DNA of 64,000 nt, taken from assembly GCF_009914755.1 (NCBI RefSeq), contig NC_060929.1. One strand, 5' to 3'. A program made the position numbers and the translations under genes. Positions within the stretch are counted from its first letter, which is position 1, and each line of letters begins with the position of its first letter. The stretch comes from the human T2T-CHM13v2.0 reference genome, Homo sapiens. Below the pieces are notes generated by a model that made no database searches, was not told the DNA's origin, and saw only the letters and a list, made by a program, of their open reading frames with translations. Of this stretch, positions 24,562 through 36,614 are shown in pieces.

Positions 24562-25574
24562 TTACATTTTGGCATGATTTTGCAGTGGCTGGTACCCGTT
24601 GTTCCTTTCCATGTTTATTGCTTCCTTCAGGAGCTCTTTTAGGGCAGGCCTGGTGGTGACAAAATCTCTCAGCATTTGCCTGCCTGTAAAGTATTTTATT
24701 TCTCCTTTGCTTATGAAGCTTAGTTTGGCTGGATATGAAATCCTGGGTTGAAAATTCTTTTCTTTAAGAATGTTGAATATTGGCCCCCACTCTCTTCTGG
24801 CTTGTAGGGTTTCTGCCAAGAGATCCGCTGTTAGTCTGATGGGCTTCCCTTTGAGGGTAATCCGACCTTTCTCTCTGGCTGCCCTTAACATTTTTTCCTT
24901 CATTTCAACTTTGGTGAATCTGACAGTTATGTGTCTTGGACTTGTTCTTCTAGAGGAGTATCTTTGTGGCATTCTCTGTATTTCTTGAATCTGAACGTTG
25001 GCCTGCCTTGCTAGATTGGGGAAGTTCTCCTGGATAATATCCTGTAGAGTGTTTTCCAACTGGGTTCCATTCTCCCCTTCACTTTCAGGTACACCAATCA
25101 GACGTAGATTTGGTCTTTTCACATAGTCCCATATTTCTTGGAGGCTTTACTCATTTCTTTTTATTCTTTTTTCTCTAAACTTCCTTTCTCGCTTCATTCC
25201 ATTCATTTCTTCTTCCATCGCTGATACGCTTTCTTCCAGTTGATCGCATCAGCTCCTGAGGCTTCTGCATTCTTCACATAGTTCTCGAGCCTTGGTTTTC
25301 AGCTCCATCAGCTCCTTTAAGTACTTCTCTGTATTGGTTATTCTAGACATTCTTCTAAATTTTTTTCAAAGTTTTCAACTTCTTTGCCTTTGGTTTGAAT
25401 GTCCTCCCGTAGCTCACAGTAATTTGATCTTCTGAAGCCTTCTTCTCTCAGCTCGTCAAAGTCATTCTCCATCCAGCTTTGTTCCGCTGCTGGTGAGGAA
25501 CTGCATTCCTTTGGAGGAGGAGAGTCGCTCTGCTTTTTAGAGTTTCCAGTTTTTCTGTTCTGTTTTTTCCCCAT
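24562..25574 (-). pseudogene. L1 ORF1p, frameshifted
   Basis: MGKKQNRKTGNSK start frame 25338-25574 and C-terminal frame ending LQNHAKM at 24562; apparent 4-bp deletion near 25346. Confidence 0.95.
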
Positions 25575-26480
25575 CTTTGTGGTTTTATCTACTTTTGGTC
25601 TTTGATGATGGTGACGTACAGATAGGTTTTTGGTGTGGATCTCCTTTCTGTTTGTTAGTTTTCCTTCTAACAGACAGGACCCTCAGCTGCAGGTCTGTTG
25701 GAATACCCTGCCGTGTCAGGTGTCAGTGTGCCCCTGCTGGGGGGTGCCTCCCAGTTAGGCTGCTCGGGGGTCAGGGGTCAGGGACCCACTTGAGGAGGCA
25801 GTCTGCCCGTTCTCAGATCTCCAGCTGCGTGCTGGGAGAACCACTGCTCTCTTCAAAGCTGTCAGACAGGGACATTTAAGTCTGCAGAGGTTACTGCTGT
25901 CTTTTTGTTTGTCTGTGCCCTGCCCCCAGAGGTGGAGCCTACAGAGGCAGGCAGGCCTCCTTGAGCTGTGGTGGACTCCACCCAGTTCCAGCTTCCAGCT
26001 GCTTTGTTTACCTAAGCAAGCCTGGGCAATGGTGGGCGCCCCTCCCCCAGCCTCACTGCCGCCTTGCAGTTTGATCTCAGACTGCTGTGCTAGCAATCAG
26101 CGAGACTCCGTGGGCATAGGACCCTCCGAGCCAGGTGCGGGATATAATCTCGTGGTGCGCCGTTTTTTAAGCTGGTCGGAAAGGCGCAGTATTTGGGTGG
26201 GAGTGACCCGATTTTCCAGGTGCGTCCGTCACCCCTTTCTTTGACTCAGAAAGGGAACTCCCTGACCCCTTGCGCTTCCCAAGTGAGGCAATGCCTCGCC
26301 CTGCTTCGGCTCGCACAAGGTGCGCGCACCCACTGACCTGCGCCCACTGTCTGGCACTCCCTAGTGAGATGAACCCGGTACCTCAGATGGAAATGCAGAA
26401 ATCACCCGTCTTCTGCGTCGCTCACGCTGGGAGCTGTAGACCGGAGCTGTTCCTATTGGGCCATCTTGGCTCCTCCCTCC
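25575..26480 (-). promoter_or_regulatory. L1 5'UTR with internal sense promoter (YY1 motif CAAGATGGCC, ~26459-26468) and antisense promoter
   Basis: Complete CpG-containing 5'UTR; its length fits the short (post-129-bp-deletion) type; promoter roles are from established L1 biology. Confidence 0.85.
26029..26244 (+). CDS. ORF0: L1 antisense ORF0, intact 71-aa frame
   Basis: GCAATGG Kozak-like start; MVGAPPPASLPPCSLISDCCASNQRDSVG...FSRCVRHPFL* matches primate L1 ORF0. Confidence 0.8.
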   Translation: MVGAPPPASLPPCSLISDCCASNQRDSVGIGPSEPGAGYNLVVRRFLSWSERRSIWVGVTRFSRCVRHPFL

Positions 26481-26493
26481 GACATATCTTTCT

Positions 26494-26625
26494 ACATGCA
26501 TAGTTATATATGTATATTTTCTATGTGCATAGTTATTCATACCTGTATCATTATATAAACATAAAATATATAAACATAAAATATATAAACATGTATACAC
26601 ATGGTTTTAAAGTCTATATGTGCAC
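26494..26625. repeat. Low-complexity TA/TG tract (right half), including a 15-bp unit TATATAAACATAAAA x~2.7 at 26552-26592
   Basis: Same composition as 20070-20224. Confidence 0.85.
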
Positions 26626-29600
26626 ATAAAATGGGCATTTTTTAGACAGTCTCTTATTAAAGGTAGTTCAAATAGCACGTTTCCAGCTGCTTACTAGGAA
26701 GCTGCTTCAAGATTTGTAATTCGAACAATGCAAAATGCAGTGTCTTGGACAAAGTAGTGTTAGTGTCACATCACCATTTCCAAAAGAAAAAAGAAAAAAG
26801 AAAAAAAAACATTTAAAGGAAAAAACAAAATTAAAACACATATACTAAATCACAATTGAGCTTCAGTCTACATAAAGCCTTCAATTTGAGAATGCAGATC
26901 AATTTTCATTTGCTTAAGTAGGCTCATAGTAATCAGATAACTAAATGCAAACAGTAGTAAAATCTGTAGTTGGTTCTGTGATAAATAGGAGAGAAATGGT
27001 TTAATAGCAAAAGCCATAATTATCCACAGTTCTCAGTTTACAATTAGTTTTCTTTGACAGTTATAGTCATAAATGCCAGCTTTAATCATGTCTTCAGGTT
27101 GAATTAGGCCCTGCCAATGCTGGAAGAGATCTAATCCGCTTTCTTTCCTACTCTTAATGAAATAATAATGCAAATTCACTACATTGATGGGACGACCCAT
27201 GTGAATTTATTATAGGCTTGGAGAAGTCTCTTGAAAGGGATAAATTCTTTCTGGGTACAGACTTGAGGTAATTCAAACCAGACAAGAAAAAAAATGGAGC
27301 TGTCATCAGAGGCCAGGATATGGAATGGATTTAATTTGTATGAATAGGCTTTTTAATAAGTATAAGAGGGCTAAGCTCTAGCTTTAGTTGGGGAATATTA
27401 CTGCTGTCAGTTTCCAAATCTGGATGCACTAACTTTATTTGGGAGGATAAAGACCATTTCCAAAACTAATTTCTTATAGCACTGCAGGTGACTGTAGCTA
27501 AAAGCACACTATACAGTAGCCATGGCAAACGGGGCAAACTGTGGGAGTTAAGTCAATAGGACAAATTATTTTCATCAGTTGGCCAGTGTTGAATATAGTT
27601 GGCATTTCCAAGGGTTGAATGTATATTTTAGGCTACAGAGGACATGTCACTGATATAGAACATATTTAGGTGGCTTTTTTTTCCCTAAGGAAGAAGTATG
27701 CTAATTTAATACCATCTAAAGGATAAGCAATCCTTTTTCTAAACCAATAGAAGAAAGCCTGAGTAAAGCACAGATTGAAAACAATGTTGAAAACATAGCC
27801 TTCCATCACATCAACACACAAGGAACCAAACTTTGACTGTTATACATATTTCAGGTTGGTAAACATTCACATTGCTTGCCTTGTATATATTTATTTCCTC
27901 CCAAGGCTATATAACAAATTCAACCTGTTTTCTCCATTACTTTAAACTGTCTCAGTATCAGTGAAATACAAGTATGGAAAAATTATATTATTTAGATAAT
28001 GCCATTGATGAGTTTGGCAAGAGACTTAATAGACGCATTAAGGAGTGATGAGTAATTAATGCAGCACAGAAAAAATTAAAAATCAAAAGTTAGATATTTC
28101 AAATAAAATATAGTCTTTCTCTTAATCTATTGGATGGATCCATTGAATACATTGTTTTGTCTTGCGTTATCCCCAAATATATCTTATTAATTTTAAGAGC
28201 ATAGGTATTATTTTCAAGTAATAATTTTCTTCATTGTGAAGTATTTTAGTTTTTATAAGCAAAAGTTTGAAATGAATTGATTCATCTGAAATTTGCACAG
28301 CACTATTATTGATCCTGTTTTACACGTATACTGTGGATTGTGCTATCTTTATGTAGTGAAAGTATCATTCATTTTTATATCAAGAGAGTCCACAAGTATT
28401 TTATGCAACACTAAAAGTAAGGTCTCTAAGTAGATAATCAAAGAATAAACTACGGACAAATTTAGAATTTCTTCAGAAACCATTTTGAGAACTACAATTA
28501 TATCAAAAGAACTCATTTCTATTGCTTTCTAGTTTGCTCTACTTATAAAAACTTCTTTGTTATGAGTTGGCAATTAATGTTTTCTCATTCAGCAAACCTC
28601 AAAATCATATCTACCTACCTTCCATGCTCAAAAAGCACATTTTACCCAGTGACAGTTGCACTATTCATGTTACAGTTATGACCGTAGCCGTGTAAGTAAT
28701 TACTGCTTCATAAAACAAAGAATGAATCTACCTCATTACAAGGGCTTTAGGAACAATAGCTCACCTTACAAATTACCTAATACAATATGCCATGAGAAAT
28801 GTGGGAGAAAGCAACAAGTGAATGACAGGGCTTTTGTTCATGCAAAAGCTGTATGATTTTCATTTTAAAAAATATGTGAGTTTGATGAGAAAAATGTTAA
28901 AAACTACAGGGAGAAGTTTACAGTAAATTGCACTTCTGAGGTGTTAAATGCTACCAGATAAAACTCAGTAGCAATGCAGAGGTTACATACATTTTTCAAA
29001 GAGTAAAAATACCTCAGATACTGTTGCATAAGTAAAAAAAAATTAGCTTAAAAATGAATACAATTTGTGTATTCCATTGGAATTGTTGAGAATGAAAAGG
29101 CTGAATTGTTTAATTCTACTTGTAAAAGCAACAGCAAATATATTCTAAAAACATATAACTCAGAAGCAATGGGATAATCACTAATTAATATGCAGATAAG
29201 ATATCACATTGGTTTCTATGCTCCATATAAGTAGTCAGTAGTCACACTAACATATTCCTATTACACTGAAAAGTAAAGCAGATATTACTAGGTTTCTCTT
29301 CTATATTGTTTCAGAAATAAAACCCACAAAATAATTAAGATTTTATGCCATGGATTAAATTATCTACATTATAGCTTAATTTGTTTAAAGTAAGCACTTA
29401 ATAAATATTAACTATTATTTTTTATTTTGGTAATTTGGGTCACTTACAAAACATCATCATTGTTTGAAGGGTTGAGATTAGAGAAGATAGTTACTGGGAT
29501 TTATTAAATTATATACAAATGAAATTTATAGGACTAATATAAATCAGATTAATAAAATTTGCATTGTTTCAAGTTACACTTTTAAAACAGGTAATCCAAT

Positions 29601-29759
29601 TATCAATTAAACAAAATGTAATATATTCACCTAAATTTATACTTGAGAAAGTCGAAGCCCTGAAGTGTCAAATCACCTGCTAAAGTTCAAATAGATAGTT
29701 GCAAAGTTAGAATTGGAACCAAATTTTTAAAACTTCCATTGTAATTTTCATCGCTTCTG

Positions 29760-30390
29760 GCCCTACTTTAATAAGAAATAATGGACCCAAACCCAAGCCA
29801 CTGTGCATGAATCTGAAGAACCCTGGGCTTGCTAGATACTGAGAGACATTAAGAAAAACTCACATGATCTGTGTGTAGTGAACAATGGTTTTTCTTTCCA
29901 GCAGTCATATCCTCATCATTTTCTTTTATTTGGAAACTCTCCTCCAACTCTCATTTCATGCAATGGAAAAAAAAAAATCTCTGTTTTCATCATTAGAGAT
30001 GGCATGAAACCTAGTCTGGACCAACATACTCACAAATCTTGCCTGAAGTGATTGCTTCACAAACAGCCTGAATAGGAGAACATCCAAATCAATCAGAGAA
30101 ACTTTTGTGAAACTACAGTATGGGTGAAGAAACTTGTTGGGCAAAGATTTCATAGAGTAACCATCTAAAGACCATCTTTCCAAAACATAGAAAGAGCCTT
30201 CCTGTATGTGGCCAAAATAAATGGAACAGGCATGGGATATAGAGTGACTGATAATGGCATTTGAGTCCTTGGATCCATCCATACCTGATCTACTGCTGGA
30301 AATCTTAAACGTGTGTGTCAATGAATTCTCTTTTTCAGAGGAGCCAGTTTGAATTTTTTTTCAGCCACCATCAAGAATTCTATTAAATCC
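29760..30390 (+). mobile_element. Old MaLR LTR (MLT1J/K-like)
   Basis: 3' signature TTTGAGTCCTTGGATCCATCCATACCTGA...CAATGAATTCTC...GCCAGTTTGAATT. Confidence 0.6.
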
Positions 30391-33300
30391 TGTTTTATAA
30401 CAAATATTGGCATTGATAGCTCTCTTACTAATAGAAGATAAACAACAAAACAGTGTGTGCCTTTAAAATCTCAAAGGAAAGAAAATAATGCCATAGAGCT
30501 GAGAAGTGCCTGTCACTGAAAATGAATCTCTAAATGGAAGGGAAGCACTTTTTCCAGGAATCTACTCATTACCCCCCAAAAGATGTAAGAGGCTATATCC
30601 ATGGCCATGTAGAAAAAACTGAAGATGATAAATCAGAAATTCAATAAAAGTAAAAGAAGAAAAAGGTAAGTTGATTTGCAATAAAATATTGGTTAACAAA
30701 GGCAGTAATGAAAATGTTTAACAGTAGTGAAGATTTAATCAGGACTATGGAAAGCACACATGAAAATTCTCTCCAAATGCAGATGGAAGGTATGGAGAAC
30801 ATGGCACCCAAGTAAATAACAGAGCTTGAAGAATGAGCTGTCATTTAAGAATCAAATTCTGAAGAAATAGTTAATATCCATCTTATTTTTCTCTGGTTGA
30901 AATTTTGCCAGAATACTTTTGCCCTAACCAAATTAAGTTTAAATTATATTTTAGGATGTAAATTTTTAGAATTTTGACAACTTTTAGAGGCCCAGCTCTG
31001 CATTTGATATAGTAATTTCAAAAATCTTAAAGCTAATAATATATCTCAAATGGTTATATATTCCAAAATTAAAATGTTGGGTTATTTTTAATACATTTTA
31101 AATATCCACATCTTTAGAACATCCTTTTCTTTAATTCTCACAATATTATACATGATTGTTATTATATATGTTATAATCAGAGTATATAAAAACAGATTTC
31201 ATAGTAATTATGTACTATTAAAATAATATAAAATGTATATGACTCTCTAAGAATAAATTCAATTTGAAATTCTCACCTTTTTAAACTTCAACTAATATTA
31301 AATACAGGCATGTTGCCAGGAAACGCCCCAGAGAATACAGTCATGAATGAGATAAGCCACAAGACCCCTGCCCTCAAATTGAAGAGAGACCAAAAATAGA
31401 GATCAATAATATAGTCTCCAAAAATTTAGATTTTGTTAAGTACTATAAAGAAAATAAACTAGATCAGAATAACTGAGGTAAGCAGTTCCAAGTGAAAACA
31501 CTCACAATGATTAGTTTTTAAGTTTTCAAAATATTTATCTTAATGTCTGCATCACTTTCAAGGTGCTAGCATGTTTTATGACTTTAGAATAAACAGAGCT
31601 TGGTTCATAATCTGCAACACACTTAGTAGGGACATGAACACGCTAATAGAAGGGATAGCTGTGTGAAGATGTTAATGGAAATGAAGTTAACATTTTGTAA
31701 AGCTGTAGGAATGGACATAATTTATGTAAAGCTGTAGCATAGCCTAAGTTCTCACAAAATATTGGCTCAAAATATTCCATTCTTATTGAATTTTTTAAAA
31801 AGTGTCCAAACCAAATGGCAGTTTAATTTTTATAATTGCACTTCAGTAGTGTGATTCACCTGGTAGTTGCTAGAATGTGAAATGCAAGGAACTTGATAAA
31901 TACCTTCTGTAACCTTTTGTTTCAGTTTGTGTTTTCTGTGAAAGAATTTTCAAGATTCTCGGATAATTACTGGAGGCTAAAATAATAATTAGCACCATTT
32001 CCCATTCATAACAAGTATATCAAATGACAACATTCAAAACATATTGTCTTTTCTGGTGCTGGTTAATTCTAATCCAAATGAAGGAGGCAAAATTGCAAGA
32101 TACCAAGCGAGCTATTAATATAGCCATTTTGAAAGGACGTGGGAGCAGTACCTAGCAAAGTGATATTTCTCCTTTGTATGCTAATTTGATTCACACCTGT
32201 CGCCACTTAAAAATGGTAATCCTGGAACACTGCATCCTGTACTATGGTGTATTAGCCAACTTCCTACATATTCTCTGTCAATCACAGTAATGGAGACCAT
32301 TGGGAGAATGCTATTGCTTGTGAAAAATTATTTTCAGAGAAAGAGCTATTGAGGAATTGGTCCTAGTAAGTCAGAACCATGAAAGTGGCTGGCTCACACT
32401 CCATTTTAGATCCTGGGATGGGATGACTAATATCTGAAATATTTTAGAAGTGCTGTTTACTAACGCATAAGATTTTCTACATTCATTGATATGAAAAAAT
32501 GCAGTGTTTATATTTGTTGTTAAATATTTATATATGTGCATAGCAAAGTAAAAATATATATAACTAAATATACCAAAATATGTTAAAAGTATGCTTATAT
32601 AACCAAATAAAGATTTTAAATACAAAATATCATTGACACATAATATCCAAATTCATGTATTTGTTTTTGGAAATTAATAAGCTAATCTTGATTATTTCAT
32701 GATATAAGAGGGTTATAATTACATTTCTATTGCAACTCATAACTAAACACAATGTGCTTAGAAAGACAATAAAGAACTGGAGCAGTAATTTAGTCAGCTT
32801 AAGGAAATGAAATGTATTACATAGTTCATGTGCAAGTTCCTCTGACCTATCATGTCCATTCCATTTTGCATTTGCTGATCTTTTATCTACGCATAGCGAG
32901 CACAATCAATCTATAGAAATTTCACTGAGAATACCATGCTCAATTTTCACTACTGATTCTTGTTGTCAATGTCATAGAGAGAGAAGTATGATAATTGTGA
33001 TCTCACATCCATACCAACCAGTTTTACCATGCTTGAATTCCCCTATTATATTAGGCATAGTCCCACTAAACATAATATTTCAAGTTTTCAAGTTTTAGAC
33101 ATATTAAGATTTTCAAAAAACATAACACTTGAACCTTGTCTAAACATTCTGGAATAATTTTATTAAAAATATGAACATACTTCATATAATTTATCTCAAT
33201 CACATTTGTCTTATTTTAAAATTGATTCATATTCTGGAATTTGCATTTTTGTTTTATAAGAAAGGTTATGCATTAAAGATTTTTCTGAGGTGGTTTTATG

Positions 33301-33699
33301 GCTCACTTTTAAAGTTTTCTTTCCTACACATAAGACATTACAAAATAATTCTAAATGTATACAATCCTGGGAATAAATTTAACATACTGATGTTTTTCAG
33401 GGGCTCAAGGGTGGGAGACTTCCTGAATAGAACTGTAGTCCCAGTGATTTATTCATTGTGTGATCATGGACTTACTTTAATTGTGGTTTTCTCATCTCAT
33501 TTAGTTTTCATAAAAAGTCTCTGATATAATACTATAAAGTTTTAAGAAAACTATGTAGTGTATAGTTTATGTTCATTCTTTACTGTCATTTCATGCTTTT
33601 ATGTGTATATACATAAATATGTTCTTATAAAATAGATTTTATTATAAAACTGCTTTGTAAACTGATGTTTAAAAATTTACTCATACATATATTTTCTCT

Positions 33700-34505
33700 T
33701 CCATGACTCCACAGTACTCTATTAAATACTTCAACCAACTCCAATAAAGGACATACTTTAACTACTCCACGTTATTTCCTTGTACGTGGGTCACCAATTA
33801 CTTCCATGTGACTAAATCCAATGGATGTTTTTCAACCAGTATCTTGTTCAAAATGTCTGTATCATTTGACACTATTGATTGCTCAACAAAAGCAGTCTGT
33901 ACTCCTTCCTAGGCCACAACACCCTTTTGTTTTCCTACAACATTGGATGTCCTTTCTTTTTCTGATTTTTGTTTCTTCTATCTTCTTAAATCCCAGTGAT
34001 TCTCAGAATGGTTTTAGCTCTCTGATCTCACTCTACATTGTTTTCAAAATTTTCTCATGCCTTTCTATATATCAACCATTATCTTCACTCTCACAGCTGC
34101 TATACTTTAAGAGCCAACAAGTCCATGACTGCTCTCTGCTTACCCAGTTATCACCCAGACTTCTCTACTAGGATGTCTGAGCAGCACATCAACCGCAACA
34201 TAGACATGAACAAAGTCTTCATGAACTCATCATTCCTGCCTCACCCTCCACATCAACACTGCCCCTCTTTTAATGTTCCCTGTTTCATAAATGACACGCA
34301 ATCTGCTCATGTGTTCAGGTCACAAATAAGAAAGTCATCCTTGACTCTACCATCCCCTTCCTCAATACCACCTCCAGTTACAAACGCTTTTGATTTTCCT
34401 TAAATGCCTCTTTACCTGTTTGCATATCTATTGCCATCAACTAGTAAAAGCTACCAGTTTTTTCCCCTTTCTCTTTACTGAAACCACGTTTTAACTAAAC
34501 TTCCT
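33700..34505 (+). mobile_element. L2 fragment
   Basis: GGTCACCAATTACTTCCATGTGACTAAATCCAATGG, CATTTGACACTATTG and GTCATCCTTGACTC motifs; pyrimidine-rich. Confidence 0.75.
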
Positions 34506-34509
34506 GGGT

Positions 34510-34583
34510 GGATTAGAGAGAACCATATGGAATTACCAACATTCCATAATTTTTAATGGCAATTTTATATGGTTAAACTGTAT
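34510..34583. mobile_element. MADE2-like mariner-derived MITE
   Basis: Imperfect inverted repeats AACCATATGGAATTACCA ... TGGCAATTTTATATGGTT, ~80 bp. Confidence 0.65.
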
Positions 34584-35674
34584 ATAATTCTCTCATATTT
34601 ATCTCATATATTTCTCCTACAGTGTTCTTCCAAAAACACCAAAACATAAGGATTAAGTAAACATTTATTTTATAAGTAAATGTGTAAGGCTATATACTTT
34701 AATTATTTTAAATCCACCACCAATTTTTGCTATAGTCTATTTCAAATATTTCACGTGGATGAAAAATTATGTGATAAACATTTTGCACACATTTCCTTAT
34801 ATACATGTCTAATTACTTTCTCAACAGTATATTAAAGTAGAACTACTGGATAACTATCTTTTTGAATCACTGTCAGACATGCCAGCTTTCATTATGAGAG
34901 TGTTTGATTTGTACATGTAACTCTACACAAAACCAGAAAAGGAGAGTACAGTTCAAACGTCTGGAAATTATCGCTTTACTAAGGACCTGCCGAAAAACAA
35001 TGCGCACATTCAAATGAAGTTCACTGGAGATTATTTCAACTAAAACACATAATTCAATGCAAATCAGTTGCAAAGCAGTGACTTGGAAAGTTTCTAAACT
35101 TTAGGAATTTATTTACTTAAATGCAAATTTTGTTTAAGAAAAAAAATCCTTTCTTTGTGTTTTCTGAAATGTGTATGTTAGTGTTTCCAGTTTGCCCCAC
35201 TACTGCAATTTTCTATCATACAATATCACATCTGCTAAACACTTAGCAGAAAATCACAACAAAAAATCAGCACTGTGACTTGCTAAACAAGACATTTAGT
35301 CTCGGTTTATATATTACATTCATTTCCCATCTAAAGATACTCTTAAAGGAAATGATTGCTGGAGAAAAACAAAGATGACGAAATAATAGAAAGCAGATGA
35401 AAAAGATTACCTGAGAAACAAAGAAGTGTTAGACAATTTTATGTGTGTGAAAAACTAGAATAGTTATTAACACATTAACAATAACATAAAAAACAAGTGA
35501 GGCAGGATAAATCAGATAACCTATCTGCCAATTTGGAGTACAGTACTGTGTAATCACTTATAGTATTTTAAAGTCTGTGACACTGTGAATATACAAATAT
35601 CATATTTGCTCTTTCAAACCTTAGTTTTAATCTGTTACCTTCTCTTAAAAGGTAAATGTTAAAAACAAATAGAA

Positions 35675-36600
35675 TACTTTGAAGTCAGGTAGCATGGTGC
35701 ATCCAGCTTTGTTCCTTTTACTTAGGATTGTCTTGGCAATGCTGGCTCTTTTTTAGTTCCATATGAATTTTAAAGTAGTTCTTTCCAATTCTGTGAAGAA
35801 AGTCATTGGTAGCTTGATGGGGATGGCATTGAATCTATAAATTACCTTGGGCACTATGGCCATTTTCATGATATTGATTCTTCCTATCCAGGAGCATGGA
35901 ATGTCTTCCATTTGTTTGTGTCCTCCTTTATTTCTTTGAGCAGTGGTTTGTAATTCTCCTCAAAAAGGTCCTTCACATCCCTTGTAAGTTGGATTCCTAG
36001 GCATTTTATTCTCTTTGTAGCAATTGTGAATGGGAGTTCACTCATTATTTGGCTCTCTGTTCGTCTGTTATTGGTGTATAGGAATGCTTGTGATTTTTGC
36101 ACCCTGATTTTGTATCCTGATAAATCATGCTACTATAAAGACAGATGCACATGTATGTTTACTGCGGCACTATTCACAATAGCAAAGACTTGGAACGGAC
36201 CCAAATGTCCATAAATGATAGACTGGATTAAGACAATGAGGAACATATATACCACGGAATACTATGCAGCCATAAAAAGGATGGGTTCATGTCCTTTGCA
36301 GGGACATAGAAGAAGCTGGAAACCATCATTCTGACAAACTATCACAAGTACAGAAAACCAAACACCACATATTCTCACTCATAGGTGGCAATGAAACAAT
36401 GAGAACACTTGGACACAGCGCGGGGAACATCACACACCATGACCTGTCATAGGGTGGGGATCTGGGGGAGAGAAAACATTAGGAGAAATACCTAATGTAA
36501 ATGGTGACTTAATGGATGCAGCATACCACCGTGGCACATATATACCTATGTAACAAACCTGCATGTTGTGCACATGTACCCTAGAACTTAAAGTATAAAA
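35675..36600 (+). mobile_element. L1PA6-8-like LINE-1 with 5' inversion: inverted ORF2 piece 35675-36120 (-), non-inverted 3' end 36120-36600 (+)
   Basis: ORF2 frame 35884-36102 on -, L1 3'UTR and poly(A) on +; TSD AAAAA(C/A)AAATAGAA at 35661-35674 and 36601-36614, preceded by TT (TT/AAAA endonuclease site). Confidence 0.93.
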
Positions 36601-36614
36601 AAAAAAAAATAGAA

